This document shows, in pieces, positions 54,410 to 64,000 of a stretch of DNA of 64,000 bases. The DNA comes from Octopus sinensis (lineage: Eukaryota): assembly GCF_006345805.1 (NCBI RefSeq), contig NC_043014.1, forward strand, positions 24,862,001 to 24,926,000. Direction: 5' to 3'. Numbering within the stretch: position 1 is the stretch's first letter; every line of letters starts with the position of its first letter. The notes beneath the pieces are model-generated. The model was given only the letters and a program-made list of their open reading frames with translations, was not told the DNA's origin and did not search any database. The position numbers and the translations under genes were made by a program.

Positions 54410-55502
54410 ATAAATGAGATAGGGGTTGAAAATTCAACCCACCATGGGATAATATATATCCAATATACTGCTAGATAGGTACCCAACAAAATTAATACAT
54501 AGATGTTAAAAATTGTCAAACAATCAGTTCATCTATTGCATTATATGGGTAAAGGTAATAATATTACCGTAAATTAATACTACAAAATTAGAGAATGGAG
54601 AAATATACTTAAATCAGTAAAACATCAACTATCCGATGATACTCAATCCATACTTTAATACACCATTACATATGAGTAAAGGCAATACATAAAATGAAAT
54701 GAGATATACAGTAATAGTAAAAAGATAAAGAGATGTAAGTAAAAAATTTTTTAAAATATAATATGCAAATAAATCAAAACTGACAGCTGTTTCGGCAGTG
54801 AGGACAGTCATACCTCATTTAACCTATAAGCCATAAAGGCAGGTATAAATGAGGCATTAACAAGGATGCCCCACGGCCTCTTCAGAGAATTAAATTAAAT
54901 TTGTTATAATAGCGAAAAATATTATACAATCATATACATATAAATATAAAATATAAAAATGTAAAATATAAAAAAACTTATACATCATAAAGCTACACTT
55001 ATATAATATAATACACATTTGCACAAAAGGAAGGTAAACAGAACAAACTGTTTACCTTCCTTTTTTGTGCAAATGTGTATTATTTATATAAGTGTAGCTT
55101 TATGATGTATAAGTTTTTATATTTTACATTTTATATTTTTATATTTATATGTATATGATTGTATAATATTTTTCGCTATTATAACAAATTTAATTTAATT
55201 CTCTGAAGAGGCCGTGGGGCATCCTTGTTAATGCTCATTTATACCTGCCTTTATGGCTTATAGGTTAAATGAGGTATGACTGTCCTCACTGCCGAAACAG
55301 CTGTCAGTTTTGATTTATTTGCATATTATATTTTAAAAAATTTTTTACTTACATCTCTTTATCTTTTCTATTACTGTATATCTCATTTCATTTATGTATT
55401 GCCTTTACTCATATGTAATGGTGGTATTAAAGTATGGATTGAGTATCATCGGATAGTTGATGTTTTACTGATTTAAGTATATTTCTCCATTCTCTAATTT
55501 TG

Positions 55503-55505
<3 letters not shown>
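54410..55505 (-). mobile_element. Non-coding HHR element with ~460-bp foldback arm
   Basis: 54581-55041 is inverted at 55048-55504 around a 6-nt spacer. Unique sequence continues left to ~54410. Confidence 0.75.
55197..55311 (+). ncRNA. Type-I hammerhead ribozyme with extended stem II
   Basis: CUGAAGA-GGC.GUGGGG...CCUCAC.GCC-GAAAC-AGCU-GUC. Stem I is imperfect. Reverse copy at 54776-54891 (-). Confidence 0.75.
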
Positions 55506-55539
<34 letters not shown>

Positions 55540-55545
<6 letters not shown>

Positions 55546-56170
55546 GTTGAGTTGTGGGGTATCGCACGAGTGGGATTATATAAGAAAAAGGTTTGAAAAT
55601 GCAATTTTAAACGATGTTTATTTACTTAACCGGTTCACTCTTTGGTAAAAGATTGTCAAAAGTAACATTAAAAGTATCACTGATAATATGGGTTCAAAAA
55701 GTTTTTTACATAATTGTCACATTGAATATTATGCATTCAAAAAGTTTTTTACATAATTGTCACATTGGATATTATGAATTCAAAAATGTTTTTTTATACA
55801 AAATTGTCACATTACATGTATAAATATAGTGTTTGGTAACAGAGAAGTTCAATAGTGTGATGAGAATATTTGGAAAAATTGGCAGAAAAGGATAAAACAA
55901 ATATATTATTGGAAATTTGGTTGCGTTAATTATTGGTTGTCGCAAATTGTCACATTACATGTATATATATACAGTCTTTGGTATATATATACAATCTTTT
56001 GACAGCAAAAATTAAAATGGATTTTTTATACATCTCAGAATATTTTAAGTTGAAGGCGAGAATATGTTGTTACTAACCTGTTTGTTTTAGCAGAAAGGTT
56101 GAATTGAGAGCAAAAAGGTTGTACCCAGTGTGGTGTATACTCCCCTTCAAGCATCAATGGTTTTGGGGTC
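55540..56170 (-). mobile_element. Diverged copy of the 28428-29215 element
   Basis: Same aaaagttgagttgtggggtatcgcacgagtggg end, fewer 43-bp units, many substitutions toward 56.1 kb. Confidence 0.7.
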
Positions 56171-57085
56171 ATGGTAAACACCGGCTTTCGATGAATGAGA
56201 CCTTTGCAAATAATATTTAACGTTTTTCCCAGCAACCACAGTCACTGATTTAGAAAAACTGTCTGAAAGCATTAATAAATCTCCGAACGAGATATAAACA
56301 GTAACGCTCGACAACGTAAAGTGTACTAGCCATCTGAATGTGGCTAGCCACTGGGGGTTGGGGTGTTACTGACGCTTTTAGCCCCAGGAGATCAACGTCT
56401 CCAGCTGGTCTTAGACACAATTTCAGTGCCCTTGTGTTATTTGCAAAAGGAGGTCATCCTCCCTCGGAAACCTAAGTGATACATACGGACTATAGTTTCA
56501 AGGTATTTGCCTCTCGTGAACGCATGGTAAACACCGGCTTTCGATAAAGGAGACCTTTGCAAATGATATTTAACGTTTTTCCCAGCAGCCACAGCCACTG
56601 ATTTAGAAAAACTGTCTGAAAGCATTAATAAATCTCCGAACGAGATATAAACAGTAACCGCTCGACAACGTAAAGTGTACTAGCCATCTGAATGTGGCTA
56701 GCCACTGGGGGTGGGGTGTTACTGATGCTTTTAGCCCCAGGAGATCAACATCTCCAGCTGGCCTTAGACACAATTTCAGTGCCCTTGTGTTATTTGCAAA
56801 AGGAGGTCATCCTCCCTCGAAAACCTAAGTGATACATACGGACTATAGTTTCAAGGTATTTGCCTCTCGTTTACCATGCGTTGACGAGAGGCAAATACCT
56901 TGAAACTATAGTCCGTATGTATCACTTAGGTTTTCGAGGGAGGATGACCTCCCTTTGCAAATAACACAAGGGCACTGAAATTGTGTCTAAGGCCAGCTGG
57001 AGACGTTGATCTCCTGGGGCTAAAAGCGTCAGTAACACCCCACCCCCAGTGGCTAGCCACATTCAGATGGCTAGTACACTTTACG
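56170..57085 (-). mobile_element. Retrozyme-like tandem of 353-bp HHR units with 5' inverted arm
   Basis: catggtaaacaccggc occurs at 56170 and 56523. The inverted arm spans 56871-57085. The GAAAC-UAUA-GUC half is present in all three copies. Confidence 0.8.
56875..56919 (+). ncRNA. Minimal type-I hammerhead ribozyme, UUGACGA core
   Basis: CAUGCG-UUGACGA-GAGG(CAAAUA)CCUU-GAAAC-UAUA-GUC-CGUAUG. The minus copy at 56482-56526 has UUCACGA. Confidence 0.75.
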
Positions 57086-57123
57086 CTATTTATATATATA
57101 TATATATATATAATATACATATA

Positions 57124-57164
<41 letters not shown>

Positions 57165-57280
57165 TATATATAAATATATATATATATATAATATCTATAT
57201 ATAAATATATATATATATCAATATATACATATATATAAATATATATATATATATATAAATATATACATATATATAAATAT

Positions 57281-58458
57281 GTCTCTTATTATAAAAGGCA
57301 GATTTTATCTGCCTCCCTTTGTAAGTTATAGAAATCTACAATATAGGATTTCTTCAATTACAATTTACCTAGCATTTTTAAGAGTAGAATGCATCGGGTC
57401 ATGCCAGGTCCGGTTTTTAAAATTTAAACTCCAATTAAGCAAAATTTACAGAAAACTCACATTCTGGTGTGTATGTCAAATGCTTTTCTTAGTCTGGTTT
57501 ACAGCACACGCAAACGCACACACACAGTGTGCAACGAATAAAGTGAAACTAGATGTAATATTGTTTCTGTCTATCACGCTGATAGATACATGAGTAAAAT
57601 GTATGGGAAGCTAACAGATAAGAGTGAGTGAAAATGTTCTTGGAAGAGAGTAAATTAGCGACAGAGTGATTTGAGGAAGACTAAACTGAAAGTATGAAAC
57701 AGTGTTTATGTATAAACAGACGACACTTATATAAACCCTTTCGTTACCAAACCGCCCAAATTTACCTATTCATATTTAAATGAGAATATCAGAGTAAATC
57801 TCTTTAGTACATTCGTGAAAACACGTATTATACTTCATAAACACTTCAAATACAGTTTTGTACAAAAATCGAAGTGTAATTTTAATTCCGTGAATTATGG
57901 GAGATTTTTTTCCGAAATTTGTTCCTATTGTGTTTTCAAAATTTGTAATTCTGACAAAAAATGGATACGAATTTCATTATATCAAGCAGTGAGTCAGAAT
58001 TCAAAGGATTTTCTACTGAAGACCTTCATAAATCTAACTCTATGACTGAAAAAAAAAAGCATCTTTATATAAGAGTGAAGTTGTGTGTCTGTCCCCTTCG
58101 ATTTAGATTCGTAACTACTCCCACATTTTGCGGTGCAGTTTAACCAAAAGCGGGTATCTTATAGTCGTGATTCATATCGAGCCCTTCTGGGTATTAGCGC
58201 GCGTCTACGATGAGTCTACGATTTAAAAAAAATTTACCATCATATTTTTCCATTTTAATGCATTTTTTTCGCTTTTATATAAGGGAAGTAACTCTCTAAA
58301 AATATCTACGATGTGTCAACGATTTAAAAAAAAATTTACCTTAATTTTTTTTCAATTTTTAATGCACTTTTTTGCTATTTTTTGGCTATAACTCTCTAAA
58401 AATGCTTATATAGTTATTTCCCTTACAAACCCGAGCAACGCCGGGCGATACTGCTAGT
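57281..58458 (-). mobile_element. Helentron/HINE-like non-autonomous element
   Basis: Right end is the reverse of actagcagtatcgcccggcgttgctcggg (same as 36170). Left end has hairpin aggcagat-ttt-atctgcct (57296-57314) next to the terminus. Confidence 0.55.
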
Positions 58459-58621
58459 ATGTATATATAAATATATACATATATATAAATATATACATAT
58501 ATATAAATATATATACATATATATATATATAAATATATATATTTCATTTCATCATTTCATCTAGTTTCAGCTCATGAGCTGTGGCCATGCTGGGGCACCG
58601 CCATATATATATATATATATA

Positions 58622-58652
<31 letters not shown>

Positions 58653-58756
58653 TGGTAAAAAACGGTAAGATAACAAAAGAAAGAAAGAGACCTCAGTAAT
58701 ATGTAAATAGAGGAATTTATCTGTAAAATAATATGTGACAATTATATATATGGTGT

Positions 58757-58789
<33 letters not shown>

Positions 58790-58800
58790 TAATAATATAT

Positions 58801-61800
58801 ACATCATCATCATCGTTTAACGTCTGTTTTCCATGCAGGGATGGGTTGGACGGTTCAACTGGGGTCTGGGAAGTCAGGAGGCTGTGGCACGCTCCAGTCT
58901 GATCTGGCAGTGTTTCTACAGCTTGATGCCCTCCTAACGCCAACCACTCTGTGAGTGTAGTGGGTCCTTTTTATGTGCCACCGGCACAGGGGCCAGAGGA
59001 GGCTGGCAAACAGCCATGATCACTTCGTGCGTCTTACATGTCACCGACACGGATGGCAGTCACGTGGCACTGGCATCAGCCATGTTTGGATGGTGCTTTG
59101 ATGTTGATATACTCAGTAGCACTCTTCAAGCACAGCGGGTCATTCTACAATCCAAGGTTAGTACAGCAGGCTGTTCTGCGAGCCATGAACCCACTTCATT
59201 TGTTGGGTCTTCGCAGTAACAGCATATCTCAGATGTCTCGATCTTTCGTCATTTCCTCTGTGAGGCCCAACATGCCACCTGCACGGGTATCACAACTACA
59301 ATATCCATTTGATTTTTATTTTGATGTTGATGTATTTGACTCAATAGGTCTCCTCAAGTACAGCAGGCCGCCCTACGATCCAAGGTTTGCACAGCAGGCC
59401 ATCCTGCAAGCCATGAACTCACTTCATTTGTCGAGTCTTCACAGTCACAGCATATCTCCAGAGCTCTCGGTGAGGCCCAACGTTCGAAGGTAATACTTGA
59501 CCACCTCATCCCATGTCTTCCTGGGTCTACCTCTACCCTGGATTCCTTCAACAGTTTGGGAGTGGCACTTCTTCACACATCTCTCCTCATCCATCCATAG
59601 TACATGACCATACCAATGCAAATGTCTCTCCTGCATGCCACATCCGATGCTTCTTATGTCCAACATTTCTCTCAGGGCTCTTACACTCTCTTGTGCATGG
59701 ACACTGACATTACACATCCAGCAGATCATGCTAGCTTCATTTCTTTCAAGCTTACGTATGTCCACCGCAGTCGCAAGCCCATGTTTCACTGCCGTGAAGC
59801 ATGGAAGTTCGCACACATGTATCATACAATCTATCTTTCACTCTGAACGAGAGACCCTTTGTCGCCAGTAGGGGTAGAAGCTTTCTAAACTTTGCCCTGG
59901 TTATTCTTATTCTAGTGGTAACACTCACTGAGCATCCACCCCCCCCCCCACTACTAACTTGGTCACCTAGGTAGTGGAGACTATCAACTACTTCTAGTTT
60001 CTTCCCCTAAAGTGTAATGGAATCTGTTTTCTGAGTATCTGTGGTGTCTATTGCCCCTGTGCATCTGCCGCACACGAAAGCTATCTTCTCGATAAATTTT
60101 CTTTTGATGGTGCTGCACTTCTTATGTGTCCATAGCTTACACTGGGTACATCTTATGGAGTTTCTACCTACGCCTTTTCTACAGAACAAGCAGGGCCACC
60201 TACCTGAGGGTGTGTGTGGTGTGTTTGCCTTCCTACTTACTAGGACTTTGGTCTTTGCTACATTGACTCTAAGGCCTTTTGATTTTAAACCTAGCTTCCA
60301 CACCTGAAATTTCTTTTCTAGTTCCGGTAGGGATTCTGCTGTGAGGGCCAGATCATCAGCATAGAGGAGCTCCCAGGGGCAACCCATCTTGAATTGCTCT
60401 GTTATTGCCTGGAGGACTATGGTGAATAAAAGGGGACTGAGGGTTGAACCTTGGTGGATGCCTACTTTTACCTGGTTTTCTTCACTATACTCATTGCTAA
60501 TCCTAACCTTACTTATGGCCTCTCTGTATAGGGCCTGTACAGCCTTTATTAACCATTCGTAAATCTCCAGTTTCTGCATCGCCCACCAGATAAGAGATTA
60601 GGGGACCCTGTCAAAGGCTTTCTCCAAATTCACAAAAGCCAAGTAGAATGGTTTATCTTTAGCTAGGTATTTCTCCTGCTATTGTCTAACCAGGAATATG
60701 GCATCAGTGGTGCTTCTACCCGGGACAAAACCAAACTGCGTCTCATCGAAGCAGACTCTCTCCCTAATTACTTGGGCTATGACCTGCTCCATGACCTTCA
60801 TCACCTGATCCAGCAGTTTGATACCCCTGTAGTTATTTCTATCTTGAGCATCACCTTTACCCTTGTAGCAGTTGACTATGGTGCTGCTACGCCAGTCATT
60901 GGGTATGACTCCATTATGAACTACCTAGTTTATAGTGTGGGTGACTAGGCCATAGCCCACACCACCAGATGTTTTAAGCATCTCAGCAGTGACTCCTGAT
61001 GGGCCGGGGGCTTTTCCTGACTTCATACCCTTAATTGCTTTATCTAATAGGGAGCTGTCTATTGGGATAGCTAGTCCCTCTAATGTATCAACATTTGGCA
61101 GGCTCTTCTCCTCCCATTCATTCTCCACATTCAGCAGTCTCTCATAATGGCTTCTCCAAGCCTCTTTCTTTTCTTAAATATTGAAAGCAAGTGCACCATC
61201 ATCCATGCAGATGCCTTTCTCTCCTGTGACATCACAATTTTCTCTCACACACTGTCTAGCAATCCGAAATACTTCAGTTCTTTGTTCCTCATGTTGCTGG
61301 ACATTGGCAAACTTCTTTTCTGCTTCGCCCTTCGTTATGTATTCCTGCCGCCCAGCCTCCTTTTTGGCTACTTGGTACAGTTCCCTGCTACCCCCATCCT
61401 TTCTATTATACAATTCCACCACCATGTAACTCTAGGTCTGGAAGGGACTTTGCACCAACTGCAGACTATGTCTGTGGTACTCAGCAAGCTGTCCCATAGG
61501 AGTTTCCAGCTACCTTCTATGTCCGATGTCTGTAGCTCCTCCCCACTTTCATCAAATTTCTTGATGCGGATGTTCTTTAGCTTCCAAATCCTTCTTTTCT
61601 GTATTGGTCTGTTTCTTGGTATCCTTCTGGCCTCGAGCCTAAAGTCACTAATGACTAGCCTATGCTGGGGGGTACATTATTCACCAGGGAGGGTCTTTGT
61701 ATTTAAGAGCAATCCTGCATCTCGCAGCCTGGTGAGGATGAAATCAATCTGGCTAGCAGAGTTCCCTGACTGATAGGTTATAAGGTGGCTGTCTGGCTTC

Positions 61801-62400
61801 CCGAAGTTAGTGTTGCAGATTAAAAGGTTACATGCATCACAGGACTTCAGTAGCTTAGTTCCCTCATCGTTTCAGGTGCCAATACCATGGCAACCATGTA
61901 CCCTAGTGAAGATAGCAGATTCCTGCCCATTAAAGTCTCCAGCCACAAAGATGAGGTCATTGCCACTTGTCTTTGAGGTAGCCCGTACAAGGGTATCATA
62001 AAAGTGGTTCCCCTGATCATTTGGTAGCCCCGCATGTGGGGTGTAGGCAGAGATAATTATAGCTGTGCTGTTCTGTAGAACTAGCCTGAGCTTAAGCACT
62101 CAATCTCATACCCTGACAACCTCTATGACCTTATCCACCCATTTCTCTGCAAGGAGTATGGCAACACTCCTACACCATCCATTTTACCTTGCTAGAATAC
62201 TTTATACCCATGTGCCTTGTCTATTGGGACCCTAGCTGAAGCTCCTCTCCATCTTACTTCTTGTATGCAGCATACATCAACCCGTCTCCTTCAAGCATTT
62301 CTACAATCTCACTAGACCTACCTTACAGTGTGCCAACATTGACAGTGCCAATTCTGAAAACTAGAAAGTAATGTGGGGAGGAGGGATGTTATTCAGTGCC
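58801..62400 (-). mobile_element. Near full-length decayed RTE LINE
   Basis: RIGTVNVGTL endonuclease start (~62350), AYTPH, GDFNG, RT (LLYADD), C4HC3 finger, GRPRKTW, (GAT)n tail at 58801-58815. Confidence 0.92.
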
Positions 62401-62752
62401 TGAAAAGAAAATAGTTTTTGTGGTGTTCGTTTTTTGGGCATGCTTCATCTGATCTCTCTTCTGACTTGACAACATTCAAGCATGTTAAGATTGTTGCCCC
62501 TACTGGAAGTAGGAACCGATGTTAGCAGTGTTGTAAGCTTATGCATTATGGTTATCGAATGATGTAGATTTAAGCAGTGTATCAGAAATAGGGATATTCC
62601 AATGTTAGGTTAGGAGGGGGTCAACTGGAAACTGGTTGTGTTTGTCCAAGTAGAGGGTGATTGCAGGTATAATGGAGGGTACCACCAGTGGAGAAGGGTT
62701 CAGACAGAGAGAGAGGAGCATGGAATTGGCATTCTTTTTCAGAGCCTGGTAC

Positions 62753-62877
62753 TGTGCTGAAGGAGATAACCCAAACAATATAATCACAGCTGCACTGAAG
62801 GAGATAACCCAAACAACATAATCACAGATGTGCTGAAGGAGATAACCCAAACAACATAATCACAGCTGTGCTGAAGG
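62753..62877. repeat. 38-bp tandem repeat, ~3.3 units
   Basis: ctgaaggagataacccaaacaacataatcacagctgtg units at 62757, 62795, 62833 and 62871. Confidence 0.9.
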
Positions 62878-62972
62878 GCAAGGTTACACCAGAACATTAG
62901 CACAGATAGAATGAAAGAAGCAGGAGTTTACACGCTCCTACACTCTCATACAATTGCATATCAGCACTCCTG

Positions 62973-64000
62973 ATGCCATCTTTGATAATGAACACAGCAA
63001 AGATGACAAGGATGGAGGTATGGATGCAGATGAAAGATGTCACTCCCACTCAAGAAATCAAAGAAGAGGATTCAAGCAAGAAACCTGCCCAGAAAGTAAA
63101 CCCAAGTGAAAGTGCCACCATCACCATAAAAACGAAAAACCATGGAGGTGAAAGAACCAAGGAAGAACATCTAAAAGAAGTAAAAACTAAAACAAAAACA
63201 AAAGATGAAACAGCCAAAGAAAGAAGCAAACCTGGCCACTCATATAACAAAAAGGATAAAAAGAGACAGCACACACGAATGTGCAAATTCTACTTTATAG
63301 GTGTCTGCTGGCATGGAGAAGGTGCAAGCTGCCATTTTGCACACCAAGAAGGTGCAAGCTGCCATTTTGCCACATAAACATGAAACAGGGCAGAAACCAC
63401 CTGTCAAAAGGAAAGGACTACGCATCACCTGCCCCAAAACGGAGGTATGCAGATGTAGTGTGTGCTACAAACCAGACTTATCAACATGTTGTTGAAAGGG
63501 CAGCTGCTGAACAACAATCTTTTTTCTGCATGGCACAAAAGATTGTACAGCAGCTGACCTGGCTACATCAATCTCGCAGATTGGACTATCCCCAATACAC
63601 AAGACCACCACAGCAAATAGACCCAAGGTGGACACCACTGGCAACAACACACACATCACATCGGCGCTGTTACTGAACATCTGCAGACTGTTAACACTTA
63701 GTAACAGGACAAAAATCCCTTTCTTGAGAGGCCTTGTTGCATGCAGTCAAGCCTTATGCATACATAGCACACATGGAAACACACCTGAAACCAGATATAG
63801 CAAATGCGGAAATACACATACCACAGTATGTTGTGTTACGGACCGACAGGAAAGAAAGGAGTCATGGTAGAGTTGCTATGTACATCCGTGAAGACCTCAC
63901 ACCCCAGGTCCTTTTATCACACTTAAATTCAGTATGTGATACTAATTGTACATATAAGACAACTTAATGTAGTTATATGTGCTACATGTCACCCTCCAGA
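62973..64000 (+). mobile_element. 5' part of a CR1-type LINE: ORF1 remnant with CCCH finger and start of ORF2 endonuclease
   Basis: CKFYFIGVCWHGEGASCHFAH in ORF 62973-63377, then LLLNI..., METHLKPDIANAEIHIPQYVVLRTDRKERSHGRVAMYIRE (APE N-terminus). Confidence 0.75.

Noticed and set aside
56283-56330. CCGAACGA...CTCGACAAC...GTA as an atypical hammerhead
   Set aside because: Core has an extra base, GAAA is absent, and stem I does not pair.

Overview
AT-rich eukaryotic repeat DNA. The SINE and RTE tails and the (TA)n/(CA)n/(TATG)n load resemble an Octopus-type cephalopod genome (inference). No host protein-coding gene, rRNA, tRNA or CRISPR array could be supported. The window is a nest of transposon relics: four RTE LINE bodies plus shorter RTE-type pieces, two CR1-type LINE pieces, an R4/Dong 3' end, an internally deleted Gypsy element with both LTRs, a decayed mariner, a Chapaev-like relic, Helentron-like elements, tRNA-type SINEs, and five Penelope-like element (PLE) coding regions from two lineages. 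The main observation is at least 11 different type-I hammerhead ribozyme (HHR) motifs, about 19 copies, hand-folded from the sequence. They sit in PLE ends or in non-coding 350-700 bp units inserted in (TA)n. Several have non-canonical cores (CCGANGA three times, UUGACAA twice, UUGACGA once), and one forms a 353-nt tandem retrozyme-like unit. In five loci the inverted arm lies on the 5' side of the ribozyme-sense strand. A 14.7-kb nested palindrome (23.75-38.4 kb) may be partly an assembly or haplotype artefact. All folds, alignments and clade names were assigned by eye and need computational confirmation.
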